Shown in pieces: positions 8,031 through 18,434 of a DNA stretch of 32,000 nucleotides. Within the stretch, counting starts at the first letter, position 1; each line of letters starts with the position of its first letter. This DNA comes from Candidatus Saccharimonadota bacterium (GTDB taxonomy: Bacteria; Patescibacteriota; Saccharimonadia; Saccharimonadales; Saccharimonadaceae). The translations under genes and the position numbers were made by a program. Below the pieces are notes generated by a model, which made no database searches, was not told the DNA's origin, and saw only the letters and a list, made by a program, of their open reading frames with translations. The DNA is taken from contig CP060232.1 of assembly GCA_023898645.1 (NCBI GenBank), forward strand, positions 30,001 through 62,000, in the 5' to 3' direction.

Positions 8031-8480
8031 ATGCATTCAAAAAAGCGCCACCTTGCGAAAGCAGTGTCGTGGAGGGTTATTGGTTCAATCGACACGATGA
8101 TTTTGGGTTGGGTATTTTCGGGAAATCCGCTCATTGGTCTAAAGATCGGTCTGACGGAAACAGTCACAAAAATTGGCCTGTATTACCTGCATGAACGAGC
8201 TTGGTTTAAGTTTAACCGAGATCGACTGCACTGGTTGCGTCTACGTTCAAGTCGACGACGCCATTTGGCAAAGACGGTGACGTGGCGCGTTGTCGGTACT
8301 ATAGATACGATGATATTGGCGTGGATTATATCGGGCGATCCGCTTGTGGGGCTTAAGGTTGGCGGTACAGAAATCGTCACCAAAATGACACTGTACTATT
8401 TTCATGAAGAACTGTGGCATCGCAGCAAGTTTGGCCTACTGCCGAAGAAACCAGACGAAATCGAAGAAATTTTTAACTAG
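8031..8480 (+). CDS. Tandem DUF2061-like small membrane protein (two repeats of a 2-TM unit)
   Basis: There are two roughly 55-aa repeats: 'KKRHLAKAVSWRVIGSIDTMILGWVFSGNPLIGLKIGLTETVTKIGLYYLHERAW' and 'RRRHLAKTVTWRVVGTIDTMILAWIISGDPLVGLKVGGTEIVTKMTLYYFHEELW'. The 'K..tWR..g..dT....y..tG...a..ig..e..tK...YY.HE..W' pattern matches my memory of DUF2061. ATG 8031 overlaps the cysQ stop context (TAGTGATG). The tracked ORF starts at TTG 8019. Confidence 0.6.
   Translation: MHSKKRHLAKAVSWRVIGSIDTMILGWVFSGNPLIGLKIGLTETVTKIGLYYLHERAWFKFNRDRLHWLRLRSSRRRHLAKTVTWRVVGTIDTMILAWIISGDPLVGLKVGGTEIVTKMTLYYFHEELWHRSKFGLLPKKPDEIEEIFN
8040..8417 (+). repeat. Internal tandem duplication of the DUF2061-like coding unit (8040-8204 and 8253-8417, offset 213 nt)
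   Basis: Direct comparison of the two translated halves shows a majority of positions identical, in the same order and without gaps. Confidence 0.8.
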
Positions 8481-8510
8481 AGTATATATAAAATATCAGT
8501 TCCCGAATTA

Positions 8511-9452
8511 CTATTTTCTGTACTGTGTTTCTTTCATGCGCTCTAGTTGGTCTTCGAGCAAGGTTCGATTAATGCGCAGTAAGTCAGCGATAACTACAAG
8601 TGCGAACGATAGCAATGAGCCGACAAGTGTAGCGCTACCAAAAATGAGTGACTGGAGGTGGCCATCGCCGTCACCCTGGAGGGCGAAAATGATAAAACGT
8701 ACAAACGGAACAGCTCCTAAAACAAGCAGTACAATACCAAGTGTCATAAACACTACATGAGGTCGGTACATGATGTAGCTACGGATGATTGCTTTGCCAG
8801 ACTGAGCCATGTGGTGCCAGATGTTTTTAAACAGGCGCGATTCACGGGTTTTTTCGTTGGTTTCGATTTTGACACTGGCGATCTTGAGTCGTTTGTTGCC
8901 GGCCTGGATGATTGTTTCCATACAGTAGCTGAATTTCGTGACGATGTTGAGCTTGATCAAAGAGTTACGGGAGTAAGCGCGGAAGCCACTGGCGGCGTCG
9001 GGTAGGTTGGTACCTGCTGCGTAGTTGACGACCTCACTACCCACGCGTTGCATCAGCTTTTTGAAAGGCGAAAAATGAGCAATCTTGGCCGTTTGGCGAT
9101 CACCTATAACGATGTCTGCCTCGCCAGCAATAATCGGCTGCACCAGGTCGGCTATACGAGTTTGTGGATATTGGTTGTCGCCATCGGTGTTTACTACGAT
9201 GTCGGCGCCGTGCTTGAGTGCGTAGTCTATACCGTCGCGGAAGCTACGAGCCAAACCCATGTTGCGCGTATGGTGTACGAAGTGTTTGACGCCGTGTGCT
9301 TTTGCAACATCGACGGTTTTGTCGCTTGAGCCGTCGTCTACGATCAGAATTTCAATAGAATCAACATTGTCGATTTTGGTTGGGATGTCTTTGAGAACTA
9401 GCGGAAGGGTGGCCTCTTCGTTGAGGCAAGGGATTTGTACGAATACTTTCAT
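8511..9452 (-). CDS. Glycosyltransferase family 2, polyprenyl-phosphate-sugar synthase-like (DPM1/GtrB-like)
   Basis: 'MKVFVQIPCLNEEATLPLVL', 'ILIVDDGSSDKTVDVAK', 'NTDGDNQY' and 'GFRAYSR', plus two C-terminal TM helices. It is a paralogue of the partial CDS at 1-857. Confidence 0.88.
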   Translation of the reverse strand: MKVFVQIPCLNEEATLPLVLKDIPTKIDNVDSIEILIVDDGSSDKTVDVAKAHGVKHFVHHTRNMGLARSFRDGIDYALKHGADIVVNTDGDNQYPQTRIADLVQPIIAGEADIVIGDRQTAKIAHFSPFKKLMQRVGSEVVNYAAGTNLPDAASGFRAYSRNSLIKLNIVTKFSYCMETIIQAGNKRLKIASVKIETNEKTRESRLFKNIWHHMAQSGKAIIRSYIMYRPHVVFMTLGIVLLVLGAVPFVRFIIFALQGDGDGHLQSLIFGSATLVGSLLSFALVVIADLLRINRTLLEDQLERMKETQYRK

Positions 9453-9458
9453 GTTACC

Positions 9459-9467
9459 ATTCTAACA
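9459..9467 (-). promoter_or_regulatory. Extended -10 (TGTTAGAAT) 6 nt upstream of the GT2 start codon
   Basis: It reads TGTTAGAAT-ggtaac-ATG on the minus strand and sits in the 18-nt gap after ugd. Confidence 0.45.
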
Positions 9468-9470
9468 GAT

Positions 9471-10826
9471 TTACGATCGGCCGACGCCGATATAAGTAAG
9501 ACCGGCAGCTTTGACATCTGCAGACGAAAAGCGATTCATGGCATCGACGAACACGGTGGCGCCATTGACGAACTCTGCTACGGGCGTATTGACGAACTGT
9601 GGCCAATCGGTAGCCACGATGACGGCGTCTACGTTTGCGACAGCATTTTCGGCTGAGTCGACGAGTGAAATTGAGCGTACGAGTTCTTCTTCGGCCTCTT
9701 CGTTTGCCTCGGGATCGTATGCAGTTACGATAGCTTGCTGAGCGGCGAGGGTGTTTGCTAGGGCGACGCCAGGTGATTTGCGCACATCGCTCGTACCGGA
9801 TTTAAACGCGAGTCCGAGCACGGTTACTTTTTTGCCAGCTAAGCTGCCACCAAGAACGTCTTTGAGCTTTTCGACGATATAGCCGGGCATGGAAGCGTTT
9901 GTTGACTGGACGGCGCTCATGATGTCGAGGTCGATACCGTGTGAAAGACCACTAGAAATTAAGCCACTGACATCTTTGGGGAAGCAGCCTCCTCCGTAAC
10001 CGCGACCAGCGTTTAGAAAGGCTCGGCCAATGCGCTTGTCGGCACCGACGGCGTCCATAACTTCGTTGATGTCGGCATCGGCTGCGTCTGCGAGTTTGGC
10101 TATGGAATTTGCGAATGAAATCTTGAGTGCTAGAAAGGCATTTGCTGTAACTTTGATTAACTCGGCGCTGCTGAGAGTCGTAGTGATATAAGCACCTTGC
10201 TGACTGTTTGCGGTAACACCAGCTACAGTGGCAATGTTGTCGCGATGTGATTCAAGCGCGTGGTAGATGTCGAGTACTTTTTCGGTAGCTTCGGAATTGT
10301 CTCCGCCTACGACCACTCTGTCAAAATAGAGGGTGTCTTCTACGGCCGTACCTTCGCGTAGGAATTCAGGATTTGACACGTACGCTATGTCGGCACCGGC
10401 CTTGGCGAATTGCTCTATGACTCGTTGGCCAGTACCTACGGGAACGGTACTTTTTTGCACGTAGACAGTACCTAGTTTGGCATGCTTGGCGGTTTCTTCT
10501 GCCGCTGCAAATACATACGTAAGGTTTGAGCTACCGTCGGGGTTGTCTGGTGTGCCGACGCAAGAAAACACGATATCACTTGTGGGTACGCATTCGGCGT
10601 AGTTGTCTGTAGGTAGTAGTGAACCGTTGTCGATGGCTAGTTTGATTAATTTGTCGATTCCTTGCTCAAAAAAGAACGAACGGCCAGATTTTATGACCTC
10701 GAGTCGTTTTGGGTTTGGTTCTATGAGGTGTACTTTGTAGCCGGCGTGCGCAAATAGGACTGCGGAGGTTAAGCCGACGTAACCTGCTCCTAGAATGGTT
10801 ATTTCATCTTGTTTTTCCATGATCAA
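9471..10826 (-). CDS. ugd: UDP-glucose 6-dehydrogenase family (nucleotide-sugar dehydrogenase)
   Basis: N-terminal Rossmann motif 'ILGAGYVGLTSAV', catalytic-Cys motif 'GGGCFPKDV' and a C-terminal UDP-binding domain 'VTVLGLAFKSGTSDVRKSP'. Exact sugar specificity cannot be determined from the sequence alone. Confidence 0.85.
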   Translation of the reverse strand: MIMEKQDEITILGAGYVGLTSAVLFAHAGYKVHLIEPNPKRLEVIKSGRSFFFEQGIDKLIKLAIDNGSLLPTDNYAECVPTSDIVFSCVGTPDNPDGSSNLTYVFAAAEETAKHAKLGTVYVQKSTVPVGTGQRVIEQFAKAGADIAYVSNPEFLREGTAVEDTLYFDRVVVGGDNSEATEKVLDIYHALESHRDNIATVAGVTANSQQGAYITTTLSSAELIKVTANAFLALKISFANSIAKLADAADADINEVMDAVGADKRIGRAFLNAGRGYGGGCFPKDVSGLISSGLSHGIDLDIMSAVQSTNASMPGYIVEKLKDVLGGSLAGKKVTVLGLAFKSGTSDVRKSPGVALANTLAAQQAIVTAYDPEANEEAEEELVRSISLVDSAENAVANVDAVIVATDWPQFVNTPVAEFVNGATVFVDAMNRFSSADVKAAGLTYIGVGRS

Positions 10827-10827
10827 T

Positions 10828-11682
10828 TTAAAGAGACATCAGGTAATTACCGTAGCCAGATTTTTTTAGAGGCTCAGAAAGTCCGACAAGTTGCTCTTTG
10901 GCAATGTAATTTTCATGATAGGCAGTTTCTTCGGGACTGCCGATGATTTGACCGGTGCGTTTTTGAAGCACCTTCACGTAGTCGGTCGCGTCGGTCATGC
11001 TGTCGATGGTACCCGTGTCTAGCCAGACGTCACCGTCGTTTAGTGTGGTGACTTGGAGCTTGCCACGCTTCAGGTATTCGTCATTGATACTGGTGATTTC
11101 TAGTTCGCCACGCTCGCTTGGTTGGATGTTTTTGGCGATTTCTATGACGTCGTTGTCGTAGAAATAGAGGCCCACAACGGCGTAGTCAGACTTCGGCTGA
11201 GTTGGTTTTTCCTCGATTGAAATAGCCTTGTTGTCTTCGTCGAATTCGACCACGCCATAGCGTTCAGGGTCGGAGACTTGGTAGGCAAACACAACACCGC
11301 CGTCAGGATCGGTGCACTTTTTTAGAGACTCACTTAGTCGATGACCATGGAATATATTGTCGCCGAGTACCATGGCAACTTTGTCGGTACCAATGAATTC
11401 TTCGCCGATGATAAACGCTTGGGCAAGGCCGTCCGGCGAGGGTTGGATTGCGTACTGGAGGTTGATGCCCCACTGTGAACCGTCGCCGAGCAGGTTTTGA
11501 AACGATGCTTGGTCTTCGGGCGTCGTGATGATCAAAATGTCGCGAATACCGGCAGACATGAGCGTGGTGAGTGGATAATATACCATCGGTTTGTCATAAA
11601 TAGGCATTAATTGCTTGCTGATACCTTTGGTGATAGGCCAAAGTCGTGTACCTGAACCACCTGCTAAAATAATTCCTCGCAT
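10828..11682 (-). CDS. rmlA: Glucose-1-phosphate thymidylyltransferase
   Basis: '[38 protein letters not shown]' is a near-canonical RmlA N-terminus. A GGAGGA SD (11691-11696, minus strand) lies 8 nt upstream. Confidence 0.93.
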   Translation of the reverse strand: MRGIILAGGSGTRLWPITKGISKQLMPIYDKPMVYYPLTTLMSAGIRDILIITTPEDQASFQNLLGDGSQWGINLQYAIQPSPDGLAQAFIIGEEFIGTDKVAMVLGDNIFHGHRLSESLKKCTDPDGGVVFAYQVSDPERYGVVEFDEDNKAISIEEKPTQPKSDYAVVGLYFYDNDVIEIAKNIQPSERGELEITSINDEYLKRGKLQVTTLNDGDVWLDTGTIDSMTDATDYVKVLQKRTGQIIGSPEETAYHENYIAKEQLVGLSEPLKKSGYGNYLMSL

Positions 11683-11702
11683 TTTGTAATTCCTCCGTAG
11701 AC

Positions 11703-13109
11703 CTACTGTTTTTCTAGATATTCCCTAAGCGCTTGTTTCCACTCGCGTGGCGTGAAGCCTGCGGCCTTTATTTTACCAAGGTCGAGCGTACTTTGTAAGG
11801 GGCGAGGAGCGACACCTTCTTTGCCGGCGTAATATTCCTCGGTTGTGACTGGAGTGATGTCGTTGCCCGATTTGCCGACAAATTCATATACCTCTTTGGC
11901 GATGTCGGCCCAGCTGGCTGGCTCGCCTTCGTTTGACAAGTTATATGTGCCATAAGAGGCGTTGCTAGTAAGCAGATGAGAGATTGCTGCAGCGAGGTCT
12001 TGCGTGAAGGTGAGGCGACCGATTTGGTCGCTAACGACGCTTGGTTTTACGTCACGTTCAGCCAAAGACTTCATGGTGAGTACGAAGTTTTTACCGTCGC
12101 CGATGACCCAACTGGTACGTAGTAGATAGTGTCGTGGCGTAGTGCTGACGATTAGATCACCCGCCGCTTTGCTTTGCCCATAAACACTAAGCGGTGAAAG
12201 CGCTTCGTTTTCGGTGTGAGGGTCTTGTGTGCCGTCGAATACATAGTCGCTAGATACGTGGACGAGCGTAATGTCGTTTTCGTTGCAGATTTTAACTAAG
12301 TTTGTGAGCGCGGTGGCATTTGCGAGCCATGAGTCTTTGCGGCCGTCTGGAGTTTCGGCGAGGTCAACGGCTGTATAAGCAGCAGCGTTGAGAATAGTCC
12401 CGTAATCACGCCAGCGTCGACCTGTGATAATTGCAGGGTCACTCATGTCAAAGGTGTCGCGGTCAACTTGCTCGGCGTCAGGAAATACTGCAGAAAGCGC
12501 TCGGCCGAGTTGACCGTAGGCGCCGACAATCAGGGTCTTTTTTGGTCTGATAGGTGTGGCATCTTTGAGTGACGGGTGGTTTTTGTCTTTTTCGGATACC
12601 TCGCATTCACTGAGCGGAATTGGCCAGTCGATACCTAGTGTCTCGTCAAACATGCTGACATTTGAATATTGTGCATCTGCCGACCAATGGTCGTTTACTA
12701 GGTAGCTATAGACGGTTTCGTCTTCGAGAGTTTGATAGCCATTAGCAACGCCACGGGGTACGAAGACGGCTTTGGTTGGGTCTACTTCGGTTGTAAAGAC
12801 TTTGCCGTAGGTTTCGCTGCCCTCGCGAATGTCTACCCAGAAGCCAAAGATTTTGCCTGACCCGAGTGAAATAAATTTATCCCACGGTTCGGCATGGATG
12901 CCACGAGCAACACCGCGCTTGTCGTTGAACGAGAAATTGTTTTGTACTGGTTTTAGGTCGGGCAGGCCAAGTTTGAGCATCTTTTCGCGTTGCCAATTTT
13001 CTTTGAACCAGCCACGGTTGTCGCCGTGGAGTATGAGGTCGTAGACGACGAGCCCTTTGATGGGCGTTTCTGTTACTTTTAGTTCTTTTTTAAATTCGAG
13101 TTCTGACAT
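11703..13109 (-). CDS. rmlC-rmlD: Fused dTDP-4-dehydrorhamnose 3,5-epimerase / dTDP-4-dehydrorhamnose reductase
   Basis: The N-terminal ~180 aa form a cupin epimerase ('[21 protein letters not shown]', '[11 protein letters not shown]', '[12 protein letters not shown]'). The C-terminal ~285 aa form an SDR reductase ('[13 protein letters not shown]', '[12 protein letters not shown]', 'YGQSKAAGD'). It is a single uninterrupted 468-aa ORF. Confidence 0.88.
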   Translation of the reverse strand: MSELEFKKELKVTETPIKGLVVYDLILHGDNRGWFKENWQREKMLKLGLPDLKPVQNNFSFNDKRGVARGIHAEPWDKFISLGSGKIFGFWVDIREGSETYGKVFTTEVDPTKAVFVPRGVANGYQTLEDETVYSYLVNDHWSADAQYSNVSMFDETLGIDWPIPLSECEVSEKDKNHPSLKDATPIRPKKTLIVGAYGQLGRALSAVFPDAEQVDRDTFDMSDPAIITGRRWRDYGTILNAAAYTAVDLAETPDGRKDSWLANATALTNLVKICNENDITLVHVSSDYVFDGTQDPHTENEALSPLSVYGQSKAAGDLIVSTTPRHYLLRTSWVIGDGKNFVLTMKSLAERDVKPSVVSDQIGRLTFTQDLAAAISHLLTSNASYGTYNLSNEGEPASWADIAKEVYEFVGKSGNDITPVTTEEYYAGKEGVAPRPLQSTLDLGKIKAAGFTPREWKQALREYLEKQ

Positions 13110-13115
13110 GAATTC

Positions 13116-13151
13116 AGTATATCACCTAGTGGTCAACTACCATGGTAAGAT
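13116..13151. promoter_or_regulatory. Divergent -10 boxes for rmlCD (minus) and the EEP gene (plus)
   Basis: Minus strand: TGaTATACT-gaattc-ATG (hexamer 13116-13121). Plus strand: TGGTAAGAT-cgtaggt-GTG (13143-13151). Confidence 0.45.
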
Positions 13152-13158
13152 CGTAGGT

Positions 13159-13923
13159 GTGAAATTGAAGGTAGTTTGTCTGAATTTGATGCACGGCGGC
13201 GAGCTGTTCGAAAATGTTATAGATTTTTTGAATAAACAGGAAGCGGATATCGTGCTGACGCAAGAAACGTACAGTTGCGAAGACCCAACGGTTGAGCGAC
13301 AGTATCGTACGATGCAAACTATGCCACAGCTACTTGGTTATGACTATGTGCACCTTGCGCCGACATATCGGGACTTTGACAGGACTAACGGTAGGGCTCA
13401 ACGGGGCAATGGTGTATTTTCAAAATACCCTCTAACGCCAAAAGAAACGGTGTTTTTTGACGGAGAATACTCCGAAGATTATCGCGACGTGCCCGGACAA
13501 TTTCAAAACTGTCCGCGTAATTTGGAGCATGTCGTGCTACACACTCCAGCAGGTGATGTTGATTTATTTAACATCCAAGGCGTTTGGGATATGGACGGCG
13601 ACAACTACAGCGAGAAGCGCCAACACATGGCGCAGACTGTCATAAGGGAGATTGAAGGTTTAAAAAGAGTGATATTGGGTGGAGATACCAATGCCAAGCC
13701 GTATAATCAAGCAATTATAGAGATTGATCAACACCTGAAGAGTGTGTTTGGTAAAGACGAGCTAATAACGACGTTTAATATGAGGCGTAAAGATAACCCA
13801 GGTTATGCATCGGCCGTGGTGGACATGATATTTGTCAGTCCTTCGATACAGGTGGTCGAAAAAAGCTGTCCGGACGTTGACGTGTCGGACCATTTACCAC
13901 TAGTTGCTACGTTAGAGATTTGA
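13159..13923 (+). CDS. Endonuclease/exonuclease/phosphatase (EEP) family protein
   Basis: 'KVVCLNLMHGG' first strand, 'DIVLTQE' (catalytic Glu), 'ILGGDTNA' and a C-terminal 'SDHLPLVATLEI'. The tracked ORF begins at 13057, inside the divergent rmlCD gene. I prefer GTG 13159, which sits 7 nt after TGGTAAGAT (13143-13151). ATG 13108 is the alternative. Confidence 0.75.
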   Translation: MKLKVVCLNLMHGGELFENVIDFLNKQEADIVLTQETYSCEDPTVERQYRTMQTMPQLLGYDYVHLAPTYRDFDRTNGRAQRGNGVFSKYPLTPKETVFFDGEYSEDYRDVPGQFQNCPRNLEHVVLHTPAGDVDLFNIQGVWDMDGDNYSEKRQHMAQTVIREIEGLKRVILGGDTNAKPYNQAIIEIDQHLKSVFGKDELITTFNMRRKDNPGYASAVVDMIFVSPSIQVVEKSCPDVDVSDHLPLVATLEI

Positions 13924-15517
<1,594 letters not shown>

Positions 15518-15525
15518 AACTTCAT

Positions 15526-15533
15526 TGTATACT
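15526..15533. promoter_or_regulatory. Overlapping face-to-face -10 hexamers in the 23-nt Nudix / nucleotidyltransferase intergenic region
   Basis: Plus strand: TATACT (15528-15533), then 7 nt, then ATG 15541. Minus strand: TATACA (15526-15531), then 8 nt, then ATG 15517. Both share the palindromic GTATAC core. Confidence 0.45.
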
Positions 15534-15540
15534 GAGTGAC

Positions 15541-15978
15541 ATGAAAGTAGTTATTGTTAGCGGATTTTTTAATCCTTTACACGGCGGTCATCTGGACATG
15601 GTAGAGGCTGCGGCACTTATGGGCGACAAACTCATCGTAATCGTGAACAACGATACGCAACAAATTATTAAAAAAGGGAAAATAATTCTAAACGAACAAA
15701 ACAGAGCGCGGTTAGTAGGTGCACTGCGCATGGTTGACGACACAGTGATATCGATTGACGAAGACCCAACGGTCATAAAGACACTACAGATGATTGCCAT
15801 TCAGCATCCTGGAGATGAGCTGATATTTGCAAACGGCGGCGATAGAGATTCAGAGAAGGTAATACCGGAAACGCAAGTATGCAAAGATTACCACATACAG
15901 ATGGTCATGGGCGTAGGCGGCACGGAAAAATCAGACTCCTCTACGAGAATCAATCAAGCGAACGGTCACGAAAAGTAG
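15541..15978 (+). CDS. Cytidylyltransferase-like nucleotidyltransferase (HldC / RfaE domain II-like sugar-phosphate adenylyl/cytidylyltransferase)
   Basis: 'IVSGFFNPLHGGHLDMV' (HxGH), 'LIVIVNNDTQQIIKKGKIILNEQNRARLVGALRMVDDTV' (resembles the RfaE-II 'vnsD...KG...n.e.R...l.aL..VD.V') and a C-terminal 'SDSSTRI' (ISSTxI-like). Confidence 0.7.
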   Translation: MKVVIVSGFFNPLHGGHLDMVEAAALMGDKLIVIVNNDTQQIIKKGKIILNEQNRARLVGALRMVDDTVISIDEDPTVIKTLQMIAIQHPGDELIFANGGDRDSEKVIPETQVCKDYHIQMVMGVGGTEKSDSSTRINQANGHEK

Positions 15979-15981
15979 TTT

Positions 15982-16422
15982 TTAATCTTCGCGAAAGTTC
16001 TTTTTGAACACATTTGTGTCGCGGATTTCGGCGCCGCGGTTAAGGTAGAAGTGTTGCGCGGCTATGCGCGATGAACGTGAGGTGAAGTGCAGTTCGACGT
16101 CTCGCTCGACGCACCATGCGCCCATTTCTTTCCAGAGCGCACTTCCCACACCTTTAGTTTCAGGATCGGTGACGAAATCTTCTAGGTGCGCTTTGCCGCC
16201 AGCGCCCGCCCCCAAGATGAGGCTAAGTGTTGCAGCGCCAACGATACGTCGGGTATCTTCGCGTGCCACTAGCTGATCATGGTAGTCCGACTCAATAATG
16301 GCACGCAGGCGTTCTTCGGGGATAGGGGTGCTTAAAAAAGATTCGCTCAAAAACGGCATTAATCGCCCAATGCCTGCGGCATCTTCTGGCGTATACGCTC
16401 GCAATCGTTCAACGGAAATCAT
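15982..16422 (-). CDS. GNAT family N-acetyltransferase
   Basis: 146 aa. The acetyl-CoA-binding motif-A-like segment is 'DFVTDPETKGVGSALWKEM' (R/Q-x-x-G-x-G/A-like), followed by 'AQHFYLNRGAE'. Confidence 0.75.
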   Translation of the reverse strand: MISVERLRAYTPEDAAGIGRLMPFLSESFLSTPIPEERLRAIIESDYHDQLVAREDTRRIVGAATLSLILGAGAGGKAHLEDFVTDPETKGVGSALWKEMGAWCVERDVELHFTSRSSRIAAQHFYLNRGAEIRDTNVFKKNFRED

Positions 16423-16428
16423 AGAGGT

Positions 16429-16437
16429 ATTTTACCA
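16429..16437 (-). promoter_or_regulatory. Extended -10 (TGGTAAAAT) 6 nt upstream of the GNAT start codon
   Basis: The minus strand reads cgTGGTAAAAT-acctct-ATG. The same cgTGGTAAAATA string occurs upstream of the gene at 5452. Confidence 0.5.
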
Positions 16438-16547
16438 CGACAGACGCTAGTTTAGTTGTAATATTCACATTTTATTAAATTTATAAAAAAATGTTACGAT
16501 AGGAATATAAGCATGACGAACATTCATGCGCCGAAAGGATTGAATTC

Positions 16548-18374
16548 ATGTGCGGAATCGTTGGCTATATCGGTGACAAGGAAGCCCAGCAGGTGCTGCT
16601 GAGCGGTCTTAAGCGGTTAGAATATCGAGGCTATGACAGCGCGGGCGTGGTGACGATAAACAAAAAAAGGGCGGCAACGCTTCTTCGCGAAAAGGGAAAA
16701 GTTGTCGAACTAGAGAAGAAGGTAGCAACTCACAAAACCAATGATCGGGTAGGCGTAGGTCACACTCGCTGGGCGACGCACGGCGAACCGAGTAAACGAA
16801 ATGCGCATCCGCACGAGGTGGGCGATATTTACTTGGTGCATAACGGCATCATTGAGAACTATCAGGACTTGAAGGATGAACTGACGAAGTACGACTACCA
16901 CTTTAAGAGCGACACGGACACCGAGGTGCTGGCGGCACTTATAGACTACATGCACCACGATGCCATTAGTTTGCTCGATGCAGTGAGCGGTGCCCTGGAG
17001 ATGGTGGTGGGTGCGTATGGTATAGCCGTACTAAGTCGTAAGAATCCTGATGAAATTGTAGTGGCACGAAAGGGTAGTCCGCTGATTGTGGGAGTGGGCG
17101 ATTGTGAGGTGTTTATAGCGAGCGACGCATCGGCACTTGTTGGTTATACGGATCGGGTGATTTATTTGCATGATGGCGAAATTGGTTTGTGTACACGGGA
17201 TGGTGTACAAATGTATGACATTGAGGCGAATGCAATTGAAGCGGATGTCGAAAAGCTAGAGCTAGATATGCAGTCGATTCAAAAGAAGGGTTTTGACCAC
17301 TTCTTGCTAAAAGAAATTCACGAGCAGCCGGAGAGCTTGCGGAGTACACTTAGCGGACGCGTGAATACTAAGTCGGCGACAGTAAGACTGGGTGGTCTAA
17401 ATATGACTAGCGAGGAGCTGAGGCAAATTGAGCATGTGATGGTGATTGGTTGTGGTACCGCCTACTATGCCGGACTACAAGCAGGCTACCTAGTGGAGCA
17501 GGTGTTGGGCGATGTGACATTTAGCTCATATATTGCAAGCGAATTGCGTTATAGGTCGTTTGTCGTACCGAAAAATACAATGGCATTGATTGTGAGTCAG
17601 AGTGGTGAGACGGCAGACACACTTGCATGCCTACTGGAGCTTAAGCGTCGCGGAGTGCGAACTTTGGGTGTGGTCAACGCTGTTGGTAGCACTATTGCTC
17701 GAGAAGTGGACGGTGGTGTATATGTACATGTAGGTGCAGAAATCAGTGTGGCAAGTACCAAGGCGTTCACGAGTCAAGTAGCAGCGATTTTGATGTTTGG
17801 CTTGATGGTGGCGCAGGCAAAAGGCTTGGGTGCAAAAGAGATATCAGGCTATATACGCGAGCTGGAGTTGTTGCCGACTGAAATAGAAAAAGTCATAGAG
17901 AACCATGAAAAGGAGCTTGAAAAGCTTGCAGGTAAGTACTCACACTATGAGCACGCATTGTACGTGGGACGCGACACGCTCTACCCTGTGGCGATGGAGG
18001 GAGCGCTGAAGCTCAAAGAGGTTAGTTACGTGCAAGCTGAAGGCTACGCTGCTGGCGAGCTTAAGCATGGTCCGATTGCGCTAATCGATGATCGATTTTT
18101 TGAAGTGTTTTACCTGCAAGACAACTGGCTATACGAAAAGTCACAAAGCAGTCTGATAGAAATGAATACGCGTGGAGCGCACATGATAGTGATCACTGAC
18201 ACCACCAAGCGCATATCTGCCGAGCATGTAGTGCGGGTGTCGACGAAGCTTGAGTTACTCACACCACTGGTGTTTAATGTGCTGTCGCAGCTGCTTGCCT
18301 ACTATGTGGCGGTGGCGAAAGGCAATGACGTGGACCAACCGCGTAATTTGGCCAAGAGCGTGACGGTAGAGTAG
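16548..18374 (+). CDS. glmS: Glutamine--fructose-6-phosphate aminotransferase (isomerizing)
   Basis: 'MCGIVGYIG' N-terminal nucleophile Cys, two SIS domains ('VSQSGETADTL') and the C-terminal 'DQPRNLAKSVTVE' signature. An AAAGGA SD is present. Confidence 0.96.
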   Translation: MCGIVGYIGDKEAQQVLLSGLKRLEYRGYDSAGVVTINKKRAATLLREKGKVVELEKKVATHKTNDRVGVGHTRWATHGEPSKRNAHPHEVGDIYLVHNGIIENYQDLKDELTKYDYHFKSDTDTEVLAALIDYMHHDAISLLDAVSGALEMVVGAYGIAVLSRKNPDEIVVARKGSPLIVGVGDCEVFIASDASALVGYTDRVIYLHDGEIGLCTRDGVQMYDIEANAIEADVEKLELDMQSIQKKGFDHFLLKEIHEQPESLRSTLSGRVNTKSATVRLGGLNMTSEELRQIEHVMVIGCGTAYYAGLQAGYLVEQVLGDVTFSSYIASELRYRSFVVPKNTMALIVSQSGETADTLACLLELKRRGVRTLGVVNAVGSTIAREVDGGVYVHVGAEISVASTKAFTSQVAAILMFGLMVAQAKGLGAKEISGYIRELELLPTEIEKVIENHEKELEKLAGKYSHYEHALYVGRDTLYPVAMEGALKLKEVSYVQAEGYAAGELKHGPIALIDDRFFEVFYLQDNWLYEKSQSSLIEMNTRGAHMIVITDTTKRISAEHVVRVSTKLELLTPLVFNVLSQLLAYYVAVAKGNDVDQPRNLAKSVTVE

Positions 18375-18407
18375 AGCGTTTGATCGCCACCGTCAGCTTT
18401 ATTTTTT
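18361..18407 (+). terminator. Putative intrinsic terminator of glmS
   Basis: TGACGGT (18361-18367) pairs with ACCGTCA (18389-18395), with inner GCG/CGC pairing in the loop. It is followed by TTTATTTTTT (18398-18407). The stem overlaps the glmS stop codon. Confidence 0.45.
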
Positions 18408-18434
18408 GTACCATTACGGTTATGCTATAGGTAT

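Noticed and set aside
8404-9465. Plus-strand ORFs 8404-8760, 8757-9005, 9048-9329 and 9259-9465.
   Set aside because: All lie antisense within the well-supported GT2 gene (8511-9452). They have no motifs or start signals.
13057-13158. N-terminal extension of the EEP ORF ([10 protein letters not shown]…) overlapping the divergent rmlCD start.
   Set aside because: The extension would overlap rmlCD by 53 nt head-to-head. The conserved EEP first strand (KVVCLNL) begins right after GTG 13159, which has a TGGTAAGAT box 7 nt upstream. For analogous reasons I rejected the tracked extensions at 14961, 30052, 30088, 8019, 2376 and 24197.
16423-16547. Possible glmS ribozyme or other riboswitch in the AT-rich region upstream of glmS. 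It contains a small hairpin GCATGA-cgaacat-TCATGC just before the SD.
   Set aside because: The whole intergenic region is only 125 nt and also has to hold the divergent GNAT promoter. I cannot find the conserved glmS ribozyme core elements. A 6-bp hairpin alone is not evidence for a riboswitch.
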